Part shown: positions 8,842 to 17,274 of the stretch, in pieces
Position numbering within the stretch: position 1 is the first letter of the stretch
Layout of the letters: every line of letters starts with the position of its first letter
Origin: an uncultured Candidatus Saccharibacteria bacterium
Lineage (GTDB): Bacteria; Patescibacteriota; Saccharimonadia; Saccharimonadales; JAGQNJ01
Direction of reading: 5' to 3'
NCBI GenBank assembly: GCA_964584895.1
Contig: CAZPAW010000003.1
Coordinates: forward strand, 35,009 to 99,008
Length of the DNA: 64,000 nucleotides
The notes under the pieces: generated by a model
What the model was told of the DNA's origin: nothing
The model's input: the letters and a program-made list of their open reading frames with translations, nothing else
The model's database searches: none
Position numbers and translations under genes: made by a program

Positions 8842-9267
8842 TTAAATCTTCCTACTATCATAGGCCCAATGCAACAAGGCTTGTCGTTGTTTTCGTCGAC
8901 AAGTAAGATCGCCAGGGCTACATCCTTTTTTAATCTGAGCAACATGTCGGTTCATGGCTTTCCAGCGTTTTATTTGGCGTTCATCATCTTTGCTTCTCCG
9001 CCCTTGATAGTATCGACAATACCACTGAAACCATCCCAATGGATCCTGGGCGTTTATCCAGCCTTTTTCTTGCCACACGCTCAGCGGTTGGCTGGCGCTA
9101 ACTTCAAAATAGTTTAGTTTTGGATCAGGCTTCCCGTTTGTTAGTCTTGCGTTTTCAAACCATTCTTTAGGAAATTCTGAATAATCACCATTAAAATAAT
9201 TGCCTCCAAAAACCCCTAACTCTAGCATCTCTTTTGGTTTTAACTCAGGTTTAAATCCGTCTGACAT
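8842..9267 (-). CDS. Conserved-looking hypothetical protein (141 aa, W/Y/R-rich core)
   Basis: Long ORF 5 nt upstream of the AlkD-like gene. It has the distinctive core DPLGWFQWYCRYYQGRRSKDDERQIKRWKAMNRH, but I cannot assign a family. Confidence 0.45.
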   Translation of the reverse strand: MSDGFKPELKPKEMLELGVFGGNYFNGDYSEFPKEWFENARLTNGKPDPKLNYFEVSASQPLSVWQEKGWINAQDPLGWFQWYCRYYQGRRSKDDERQIKRWKAMNRHVAQIKKGCSPGDLTCRRKQRQALLHWAYDSRKI

Positions 9268-9308
9268 TTCTTATTTAGGATATCACCAATTCAACACAAA
9301 ACTTAACT

Positions 9309-10538
9309 CTATTTTCTACCTCGTTTGAAACTTCTGTTTCCTCCATGACTTCTTCCGATTTTTCCTCGTCTTGGACCACCCATCAAACTATGAGATCGCT
9401 TGCCCATATTATGTTCTCTTGGTTGTTTTTGGTGATATGCAGTTCTGAAATGACCAGTAGGTAATTTACTACCCTTGGCGTCTTCTATCTTTCTGTCCCA
9501 ACCCTTGCCCTTTATTCCTGGATCAACAGGTATATAACCGGGGACCATTTGGGCCATAACAGGTGTTATCGGAATCTTTTTACCTATTGGTGGTACATCT
9601 GGTTTTTCTTCTTTTAGGGTAATTTTTATTTTTGCTCCTTGTTCTTTAGCGATTGCATGATCTAAGAATTGCGCTACTTCAGGGGGTACATCCCTTGGTG
9701 TCCCAAAGTTTCCTTCAAAATAATCAATCATTTGTTCTACGCTGTCATAAACAAAACGATCTCTAAGCTCTTCGGCTTTGGCAACCTCTTCGTCAGTAAA
9801 CGAATCTTCATGAGTATCAACTCTTGCATCAAAAGGTTTAATCTTGCCACTTATGTCATAACCAAACTCATCTTGTACGCGTTCAACAAGTGCAGCTTTG
9901 GCCTTTTCGTATCTTTCTCTAGCTAGTTTAACTTGCTCTGTTTCACCATCATTATCAAGATCTGGACCAGGAGTTTGTAGCTCCATAACACCCTCTTCAC
10001 CAAGATTCTCTCGGTTATCGTTTGCCGACACTAATCCTGTAACATCAACATCCTCGATTAGATCAGGGTTTGATAGGCTATCTCGGTTTTGATCAATAAA
10101 TTCATCTATTTGATCAGTTGAGTCTACAGCATCTTCAACGTCGGTTTCAAAACCACGTTGATAATCATTATTGATTCGCAATCTTAGCACCCCATCGCGA
10201 CCTACAACCATATCTTCTGGATTACTGGAAAACTGCGCATCCTGAGCCTGCCATTCTGCTGTAGGAGCAGCATATTCTGCAGGAGGAGCCGAGTGCACAT
10301 TTGGCAATTGTTCAGTTAATCCGACTGGTGCAATAGCTGATGAAGCTGCCCCATTTTGCGACAATGCTCCAGCAACAACACCCGCGCCTACAGTCCTTCT
10401 TAATGCTGGCGATCCATATGTTTCTGATGATGACAGTTTAAGCATCCCGCGTGTGACTGGGTCAATATAATCGCTTTGGACTCGTGCAATATCTTCTGGT
10501 GACGGTCCTATAACTTTGCGTGGCATTCCTTCTGACAT
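9309..10538 (-). CDS. Hypothetical acidic protein with a strongly basic C-terminal tail
   Basis: Start moved to ATG 10538 (MSEGMPRK..., preceded by AAAGG). It has long D/E-rich regions and ends with GKRSHSLMGGPRRGKIGRSHGGNRSFKRGRK. No recognisable domain. Confidence 0.5.
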   Translation of the reverse strand: MSEGMPRKVIGPSPEDIARVQSDYIDPVTRGMLKLSSSETYGSPALRRTVGAGVVAGALSQNGAASSAIAPVGLTEQLPNVHSAPPAEYAAPTAEWQAQDAQFSSNPEDMVVGRDGVLRLRINNDYQRGFETDVEDAVDSTDQIDEFIDQNRDSLSNPDLIEDVDVTGLVSANDNRENLGEEGVMELQTPGPDLDNDGETEQVKLARERYEKAKAALVERVQDEFGYDISGKIKPFDARVDTHEDSFTDEEVAKAEELRDRFVYDSVEQMIDYFEGNFGTPRDVPPEVAQFLDHAIAKEQGAKIKITLKEEKPDVPPIGKKIPITPVMAQMVPGYIPVDPGIKGKGWDRKIEDAKGSKLPTGHFRTAYHQKQPREHNMGKRSHSLMGGPRRGKIGRSHGGNRSFKRGRK

Positions 10539-10723
10539 TTTTTGTAACCTTTCTTGTTTTATTACTATTTTATATATTAACAATACTATATTAGCATAAG
10601 CTTTACAAATTTGCAAGCATTTAATTCAATACCATATTGTTTCGATCTGTCCCCTTGATTAACAGCAGGAAGATTTATTAGGTAGAGTGAAGAAAACGGA
10701 CTAGAAAAAGCGTTGTTTATTTG

Positions 10724-11305
10724 TTATTTTTTACGATTATTCTTCTTAGAGTGCCGAGAATAGTTTTTGTAAGCTAATTGTCCACGCATCTGATCAATTC
10801 TTGTTATATATTTTTCGTATGGTTTTAATAATGATGAATATTGCCAATTTGGCGTCATGATACATTCTAATCGCTGTTTTTTATCTAGATATTCCGCAAG
10901 ACAATAAAAGTCGCCATCGCCTGACACGATTATGGCTTTTTTGTAATTAGACAACTCCTTCATCGCATACAGTACCAGCTCGGCATCCACGTTGCCCTTA
11001 ACTAAGTGTTCTTCGTTTAATTTATGTGAGTCCACCTCTTCGGGCGTCATATTTATTGTGACGGTTGGTTTTAGCACAACCAAATAACCTTGTTCATGAA
11101 GTTGTTTGTACATATCCTCATGCTCTTGCATGTACCCAATAAAAAGATATGCACGTGTGACACCATACTTATCTTTTAATAACTGTCTGAATTTATGCCA
11201 GTCCAACTTAAAGCCAGCTTTTTGTGTTCCAAGATTTAGATTTTGGCTATCAATAAAAGCAAAATTACCCGTAGGCTTTGATCGTCGAAATAAGAATTTT
11301 GCCAT
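10724..11305 (-). CDS. NYN-domain (LabA/DUF88-like) putative ribonuclease
   Basis: NYN acidic residues are in the expected order: FIDSQN, GNVDAEL, IVSGDGDF. Basic C-terminal tail. Confidence 0.7.
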   Translation of the reverse strand: MAKFLFRRSKPTGNFAFIDSQNLNLGTQKAGFKLDWHKFRQLLKDKYGVTRAYLFIGYMQEHEDMYKQLHEQGYLVVLKPTVTINMTPEEVDSHKLNEEHLVKGNVDAELVLYAMKELSNYKKAIIVSGDGDFYCLAEYLDKKQRLECIMTPNWQYSSLLKPYEKYITRIDQMRGQLAYKNYSRHSKKNNRKK

Positions 11306-11358
11306 TTATATACATTCTAGCATTCTGACCTAGATAATCAGAATTAATCTAATAGTAT

Positions 11359-12927
11359 TCACTTTGTGATTATTATATCCTCGCCAAAAAATTTTATTAA
11401 ACGGCTTTTTATCGAACCTGGATGTCGACCAAATTTCTCAGATAATTTTGAAATCCCATCACCTGTTTTGAATCTAACTTTTAGGTCTTCGTCATCACTA
11501 GCTTTCCATGGCTTGTAAGCATTTGGATATTTTTGCCTCATAAATTCTAATTTTTGACTCCAAGTCGTTTTTCCTGGTTTTGGAATCTTTTCAGGTTTTC
11601 TATTTTTTGCTCTCTCGCGTAAATGTGCGAATTTTTTACTTGCTTTTGCAGATTCTAATCTCAACCGCTGGTCAATTTCTAGCGCTTCAGGACTAACTCT
11701 AAGTGCCATCGAGTTAAGTCCTAACAAACTTAGCGTATCTAGACTACGAACACGCGACAACGCTACGTATCCCATCCCCTCTACAAACGCCCGCTGTAAA
11801 TTGATTCTAGCTGCATCAAGTGTCATCCCCTGACTTTTGTGAACTGTTATCGCCCATGCAAGACGAAGCGGCAATTGTGTTAGCGACGCCCGCTTTTTAT
11901 CACCATCTCGAAGCTCCCATGTGTCTGGAGTTATTGTTACTTTTTTCCCACTGTTAAGTTTTACTATTGGATAATCTGATGTTTTATCGAATCCTATTAC
12001 CTCACCAAGCGATCCATTTACAAACTTTTTTTCTGAATTATTTTTAATACAAATTACTAGCGCACCTTTTTTTAAGACTAGTTTTTCTTGTGCTAGACAC
12101 GACCGTTTTAAGGACTCTTTATAATATTCCTTGCCTGATGTTTGCATATTGTAAGTATGTTCATCACCTACCAGATTTTTTAATTGGCGGTCATTCAGAC
12201 TATCTACGTCTATATTTGTGGTATGAAGTTCTGTCGCAACGATCGAAGCGTTCAGGGATTTATTCATTCTGTCCTGCAAGGCCGATACGTGACGTCTACG
12301 AATATCATTATTTCTGATTGCATTTAAAATACTCAGAAATACTTCATCGTCTTGACGATGCTGTTCATCAAGATAACAAATCACTAGACCAAGATCACGC
12401 CAAGATGACGAGTTAACCACAAAAGATCCCGTTTTAGCGCCACTACGATTAACAGGCGGTAGTTGAAAAAAATCTCCGCACAATATTAGTTGTAATCCAC
12501 CAAAAGGAATATCGTTTTTACGGACTTTTCGTAGTAGATCATCGATCATATCCAAGCGATAATCATGAAGCATAGATATCTCGTCAATTATCAAGATATC
12601 GGATTTTGTTAAATTATCAATTTTTGTTTTTGTTAATCCGTCTGAGAATTTTTTTGGTAGTTCTTCTAAAATGCCTATTCCGCTCCATGAATGAATAGTG
12701 TTTCCGCCCAAATGGGTAGCTGCTAGTCCTGTGGTTGCTGTCACGGCAACTGTCTTGTGATGTTTTTTAGCGCGCCTTATAAATTCGTTTAAAACATACG
12801 TTTTACCCGACCCAGCCGGCCCAGTTAATAATACACTCTCGCCCTGCTCCATAATTTCTAGTGCTAATTCCTGATCCATATCGTTATACAAGTATAGCCT
12901 ATAGACGACATCATTTTCGCTTAACAA
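11359..12927 (-). CDS. Pif1/RecD-like SF1B DNA helicase with a C-terminal HTH-like extension
   Basis: Walker A TGPAGSGKTY, IIDEISML, GDFFQLPPV and ITVHKSQGMTLD. The track start is a TTG abutting a terminator hairpin, so ATG 12879 is an alternative start. Confidence 0.8.
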   Translation of the reverse strand: MLSENDVVYRLYLYNDMDQELALEIMEQGESVLLTGPAGSGKTYVLNEFIRRAKKHHKTVAVTATTGLAATHLGGNTIHSWSGIGILEELPKKFSDGLTKTKIDNLTKSDILIIDEISMLHDYRLDMIDDLLRKVRKNDIPFGGLQLILCGDFFQLPPVNRSGAKTGSFVVNSSSWRDLGLVICYLDEQHRQDDEVFLSILNAIRNNDIRRRHVSALQDRMNKSLNASIVATELHTTNIDVDSLNDRQLKNLVGDEHTYNMQTSGKEYYKESLKRSCLAQEKLVLKKGALVICIKNNSEKKFVNGSLGEVIGFDKTSDYPIVKLNSGKKVTITPDTWELRDGDKKRASLTQLPLRLAWAITVHKSQGMTLDAARINLQRAFVEGMGYVALSRVRSLDTLSLLGLNSMALRVSPEALEIDQRLRLESAKASKKFAHLRERAKNRKPEKIPKPGKTTWSQKLEFMRQKYPNAYKPWKASDDEDLKVRFKTGDGISKLSEKFGRHPGSIKSRLIKFFGEDIIITK

Positions 12928-12930
12928 AAA

Positions 12931-12960
12931 ATAGCCACATTTATGTGTGGCTATTTTTAA
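12931..12960 (-). terminator. Intrinsic terminator after the PG-binding protein gene (bidirectional shape)
   Basis: Stem ATAGCCACA (12931-12939) / TGTGGCTAT (12946-12954), flanked by an A-run on one side and a T-run on the other. On the minus strand it reads AAAAATAGCCACACATAAATGTGGCTATTTTTTG. Confidence 0.6.
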
Positions 12961-12976
12961 AAAGATTATTCTTTAT

Positions 12977-13342
12977 TTAGTCACCAGGAGTGAAGTCTGC
13001 GAGTAATGCATTCCACGTTCGAGGTCCTACAATACCATCTTGGGTTAAACTCTTTAAAGCCTGGAACTGTTTGACTGCTTTTTTAGTCTTTTGACCAAAT
13101 ACCCCATCTACAACTAATCGAGGACTTACATGATAAAAGTTATTTAGTTTTCTTTGAAGTATCTTTACGCACGGATGCTTAGAGTTTGTTGTTGTGCTTA
13201 GCATTGGCTGGCGAGACAAACATATTGAGTAATTCCATGGTATTGGTTTTGCTGATGCTGTTGGTGTCATAACTACGCCAACGCTTACAACTGCTACCGC
13301 CAACATTAAAAATACTCTGATTTTCTGTACTGTTTTATTCAT
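12977..13342 (-). CDS. Secreted peptidoglycan-binding domain protein
   Basis: Signal peptide (MNKTVQKIRVFLMLAVAVVSVGVVMTPTASA) and a PG_binding_1-like repeat (VVDGVFGQKTKKAVKQFQALKSLTQDGIVGPRTWNAL). Confidence 0.65.
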   Translation of the reverse strand: MNKTVQKIRVFLMLAVAVVSVGVVMTPTASAKPIPWNYSICLSRQPMLSTTTNSKHPCVKILQRKLNNFYHVSPRLVVDGVFGQKTKKAVKQFQALKSLTQDGIVGPRTWNALLADFTPGD

Positions 13343-13430
13343 ATCTCTCCCCTTTTTAAACTATATTAACAATTTTGTTATTATACTACCTTTTTTATTA
13401 TAAGTCTATAGTTATTTTAGATTAAGTTTT

Positions 13431-13970
13431 TTATAGGCCCCGTTGTCTTCGCTCTAACACGTCGTAACCCTCATGCACTTCATCCGACTTATCTATCCCC
13501 AACGACTCAAGCAAATCCCACAATTCTCTAACTACATCGTCGTGATCACTATCATGACTCATAATCAATTCAGCCTCAATAAAATCGCCTAAACTCGGTA
13601 CACTATCAACACAAATCTCTATATCCCCTACTTTTGCCTTACGACGCATCTTTGTAATGTCCGAATATAATTCGTAACCCAGTAGCTTAATAATCTCTTC
13701 TAGCTCTTTGTCGTCATCAACTATCGTTTCGTGCTCAATACTATCCAGATGTCCAACAACCGAACGCTTTAACGTGAAGTATACTTTACTATCATTTTCT
13801 GTTCTTATTCTAAGCCAATTAGCTCCGGCTTCATTATCTTTATTGCCAGGTTCGCCATAAACTACATCATGCTGAGTTAGTTTTTCGCTAAGTACAATCC
13901 CCTGCTCAACCAAAACTTTCTCAAGTTTTTTAAGATTTTTGATTCTTGCCTTTACTTCAATCTCTCTCAT
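13431..13970 (-). CDS. CYTH-domain protein (class IV adenylate cyclase / triphosphatase family)
   Basis: N-terminal ExExK signature (MREIEVKARI), 179 aa, beta-rich pattern typical of CyaB/CYTH. Confidence 0.75.
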   Translation of the reverse strand: MREIEVKARIKNLKKLEKVLVEQGIVLSEKLTQHDVVYGEPGNKDNEAGANWLRIRTENDSKVYFTLKRSVVGHLDSIEHETIVDDDKELEEIIKLLGYELYSDITKMRRKAKVGDIEICVDSVPSLGDFIEAELIMSHDSDHDDVVRELWDLLESLGIDKSDEVHEGYDVLERRQRGL

Positions 13971-14584
13971 TTTGCAGCAATTTCTTTATATCTATTTGTG
14001 ATTTTTTCTAAAATTTGATTGTAGTCGTTGTTTTCAACATAGTCCCATGCTTTCTTGTAATCAGGTAATTTCTTGCAATGCTCAACATCACGATCTAGTC
14101 TAGTTGGGTCTTTTAATATATCTAGGTACAATCTTTTTAACCCAGCATGCACAGCAATATGCACTAATGTTGTGTCAGAGTGTTCATCTCCAAATAATTC
14201 ACCGAACTTTAATCGATTGCGACTTTTAATGTTCATAACTGTAAGAATATTATTGTCAGTCAACAAAACGTGAATTAACTCATGCGCCAATACATCGACA
14301 AATTCATCCGGTTCGCTTTTACTGTCAATTATTAATGGGAAGCTGATGCCAGCCCCGACCGTCCATGGAGCGATAGCGACATCAATCATTGGCAATCTAA
14401 AACTTAAATCATATATTTTCTGCACCCCCTTTAAAACTTGGTCTTCGTATTTATTCCATGCCTTGCGATAATCATCGGCGCGTTGCTCAAGTTTATCAAA
14501 AGATAAAACTTTATTAATATCAGACTGGACTTTGACATTCGCCAGTAATGGCGCTCTTTGAATCCGAATTATAGGATTTTTCAT
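13967..14584 (-). CDS. Hypothetical protein with an HExxH motif (putative zincin-like metallopeptidase)
   Basis: VLAHELIHVLL motif. ATGA overlap with the downstream CYTH gene. No family recognised. Confidence 0.45.
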   Translation of the reverse strand: MKNPIIRIQRAPLLANVKVQSDINKVLSFDKLEQRADDYRKAWNKYEDQVLKGVQKIYDLSFRLPMIDVAIAPWTVGAGISFPLIIDSKSEPDEFVDVLAHELIHVLLTDNNILTVMNIKSRNRLKFGELFGDEHSDTTLVHIAVHAGLKRLYLDILKDPTRLDRDVEHCKKLPDYKKAWDYVENNDYNQILEKITNRYKEIAAK

Positions 14585-14675
14585 ACTAACTCAATTGTAG
14601 CAGTTTTGTTAGACATCGACTTTTCCCTAATTAGCTCACTATGTTTTTATTTTAGCGATTAAAAAATAATTAATA

Positions 14676-16055
14676 TTATGGTGCGAGTTTTAACTTGCCA
14701 AACAGTTCATTTATCTTAACTCGTTCTTGTTTAGTGGTATCTCTATCGCGAACAGTAACCGAATCATCGTCTAAAGTATCAAAATCTACTGTCACACAGT
14801 ATGGCGTACCGATTTCGTCCTGCCTTCTATACCGCTTACCAATATTGCCGTTATCATCAAATTCGCATGTCATCGTTTGGCTTAGGCTGTCAAATATTTC
14901 TTTAGCCTTTTTAACCAGCTCTGGTTTGTTCTTTAACAGCGGGAAAACAGCAACTTTAACAGGCGCAAGACTTGGCGATAACTTGAGGACCGTTCTGGTT
15001 TCGCCCTCTACTTCTTCCAGTACGTAAGCATCGCACAGCACAGCCAAAAACATCCGACCCAATCCAACTGATGTTTCTAGAATCCATGGAATGTACTTTT
15101 CATTAGTTACAGGATCTTGATAGTTCAAATCTTTGCCTGAAAACTTCATGTGCTGAGATAAATCGTAATCAGAACGATCATGTATACCCTCTAGTTCGTC
15201 AAAACCAAGCGACGGATAATTGTATTCTATATCCCAAGCCTCTTTGCAGTAAAAAACTAAGTATTCATGCTTTTTCCAGCGCAAATTTTCTGGATTGATT
15301 CCAATATCCAGATACCATTGCCAACGATCTTTTTTAATTTGTTCGTATGCGTCTTTATTCTGCTTTGGTTTTACGAAATACTGTGTGTCGGCCTGCTCCA
15401 TCTCGCGGGTTCGGAATAAAAAGTTGCGTGGGCTTATTTCGTTTCTAAAAGCTTTACCGATTTGTCCAATACCAAATGGTATTTTTACACGCGTGGTATC
15501 GACTACATTTTTGAAGTTAAGATAGATGCCTTGACATGCCTCACCCGGTAAATACACAGGTCTATCATCCTGACCAGTAAAATCACCAAGGTTTGATTTG
15601 ACTAGCAAATTAAATGGTCTAGCGTCTGTAAAATCTTTATTACCACATTTTGGGCACTTTATTTTATCGCGATTATCATTGAATAACTTGTTCAGCTCGG
15701 CTTCTGTCATTTTCTCATCCGCCTCAACACCAATTGCGCCGAGTTCTTTATCTACTCGAATCCGAGTATGACAAATCTTACATTCCGCCAGTGGATCTGC
15801 AAACCCACCAACATGGCCCGATGCTTCCCAGACTTTTGGATGCTTAAACATTGCTGAATCGAGTCCAACATAATTAGCTCTACTTGAAACATTCGCCTTC
15901 CACCAAGCTGCTTTTAGGTTATTTAATAACTCTACGCCGTAAGGGCCATAGTCATATAACCCAGCTTCTCCTCCATAAATTTCACTCCCCGGATATACAA
16001 ACCCACGTCGTTTACACAAGCTTACTATGTCTTCTAGGCTAACTTTTTTACTCAT
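14676..16055 (-). CDS. glyQS: Glycine--tRNA ligase (dimeric GlyQS type)
   Basis: N-terminal LCKRRGFVYPGSEIYGG, FRNEISPRNFLFRTREMEQ (motif 2) and a C-terminal anticodon-binding domain. Confidence 0.9.
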   Translation of the reverse strand: MSKKVSLEDIVSLCKRRGFVYPGSEIYGGEAGLYDYGPYGVELLNNLKAAWWKANVSSRANYVGLDSAMFKHPKVWEASGHVGGFADPLAECKICHTRIRVDKELGAIGVEADEKMTEAELNKLFNDNRDKIKCPKCGNKDFTDARPFNLLVKSNLGDFTGQDDRPVYLPGEACQGIYLNFKNVVDTTRVKIPFGIGQIGKAFRNEISPRNFLFRTREMEQADTQYFVKPKQNKDAYEQIKKDRWQWYLDIGINPENLRWKKHEYLVFYCKEAWDIEYNYPSLGFDELEGIHDRSDYDLSQHMKFSGKDLNYQDPVTNEKYIPWILETSVGLGRMFLAVLCDAYVLEEVEGETRTVLKLSPSLAPVKVAVFPLLKNKPELVKKAKEIFDSLSQTMTCEFDDNGNIGKRYRRQDEIGTPYCVTVDFDTLDDDSVTVRDRDTTKQERVKINELFGKLKLAP

Positions 16056-16134
16056 CCCGTTAGAGATCCTTTATGATGTTTAGTTTTATTGTCATTTTAT
16101 AATTATTATGAATCCGTTAGAAATTTCTAACGGG
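16056..16134 (-). promoter_or_regulatory. glyQS leader with three copies of a CCGUUAGA / UCUAACGG element
   Basis: The minus-strand RNA reads CCCGUUAGAA-AU-UUCUAACGG (16134-16114, a near-perfect palindrome). A third copy, UCUAACGGG (16064-16056), lies directly between the AAAGGA SD and the AUG. Confidence 0.35.
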
Positions 16135-16166
16135 ACTCATATTACGTTCTATTGTATCAGATAGCT

Positions 16167-16859
16167 TTACTGATAGTTCTGTAGAATTTGTTGTAACAAA
16201 ACTAGACATAAATCAACTTCTAAATCAACTCCACCTACTACACTAATTTTTTCAATATTTTCACTTGCAAGTAATCGAAGTAATTTGATATGTCTACTAT
16301 TATACTGGCCACCAGAACTTCGTGAAAAACACATATCATCAAAATCAAAAATATAACTACTTTCTTCTGCTAAACTATAGCCTTCTTGATCAGTTATCAA
16401 GTTTGGCTCGTGGCCCATAATTTTAATAAGATTCATATAGAACCAGGCTTCGGTCAATTTGAGACTATAGATTGTGTTGTCTAGAGCTGAAAGTGAACGT
16501 AATAATAGATTGTAATAATCAATCTCGCTACTATCTCTCGTAACTGAGTCTATTGTAGTTAATATGACATAGGCAGTATTTGTCCTATTTAAATCTTTTA
16601 CGATTTCACCAAAATGCGTAACCAGTCTACTAGAAGTTAGCGTCCCGATTTCTTTTTTTGGCGGTATAAAACTAATATTACTAATGCTGAATAATTCTAT
16701 GCCTCCTGCCAGTTTACTTTTTTCCTTTCTGACGCCTTTCGCAATTAAGCTTAATTTGCCATAATCCGGAGTGATTACCGTCAAGATTCTATCGGCTTCA
16801 CCAAAATTAATTCTTTTTAAAACAATACCAGTAGTAGATAAACTATTTGGTGCGGGCAT
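16167..16859 (-). CDS. recO: DNA repair protein RecO
   Basis: N-terminal OB-fold block GIVLKRINFGEADRILTVITPDYGKLSLIAKGVRK. 230 aa. Confidence 0.8.
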   Translation of the reverse strand: MPAPNSLSTTGIVLKRINFGEADRILTVITPDYGKLSLIAKGVRKEKSKLAGGIELFSISNISFIPPKKEIGTLTSSRLVTHFGEIVKDLNRTNTAYVILTTIDSVTRDSSEIDYYNLLLRSLSALDNTIYSLKLTEAWFYMNLIKIMGHEPNLITDQEGYSLAEESSYIFDFDDMCFSRSSGGQYNSRHIKLLRLLASENIEKISVVGGVDLEVDLCLVLLQQILQNYQ

Positions 16860-17238
16860 TTTTTAACCCCACAAGATCATTAACTAGAGACAATAGCTTA
16901 TCTAAAGTGACTCGAGGTTTATACAAAATTTCTACTATGCCAAGCTTATCTGCCATTAATGAGCTAATACCGAGAACATCGCCAGGTATAACAGAATTAA
17001 TTACAATTGGGATATCACGCCAATCGGGATGCGAGCGTAGTTCATATAAAAACTCTATCCCGTTATGTTCACCTAATTGTATTTCTAGAATAATTAGTTT
17101 TGGAATTTGTCTATCGAGAGCATGAATCGAAGCTTGAGGATTAGTTTGTAAATCAACTTTATAGTTTGCTCTTTGTAGAAATTTTTTATAAGTACTACCG
17201 AGCAGTGCATCAGGCTCAACCAACAGTACGTCTATCAT
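16843..17238 (-). CDS. Atypical stand-alone receiver (REC) domain protein with the phospho-acceptor Asp replaced by Glu
   Basis: REC fold pattern IDVLLVEPD ... KLIILEIQLGEHNG ... IVINSV ... YKP. The acidic pocket DD is replaced by EP and the phospho-Asp position is Glu. Start chosen at ATG 17238 (the track TTG is at 17274). Confidence 0.65.
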   Translation of the reverse strand: MIDVLLVEPDALLGSTYKKFLQRANYKVDLQTNPQASIHALDRQIPKLIILEIQLGEHNGIEFLYELRSHPDWRDIPIVINSVIPGDVLGISSLMADKLGIVEILYKPRVTLDKLLSLVNDLVGLKNARTK

Positions 17239-17274
17239 ATATATATAATAATCTGTAGTATATATTATTGCCAA

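Noticed and set aside
12879-12927. TTG start of the helicase ORF at 12927
   Set aside because: The TTG abuts the terminator hairpin without an SD, so the first 16 residues are doubtful and ATG 12879 may be the true start. The longer coordinates are kept in the feature table and flagged as uncertain.
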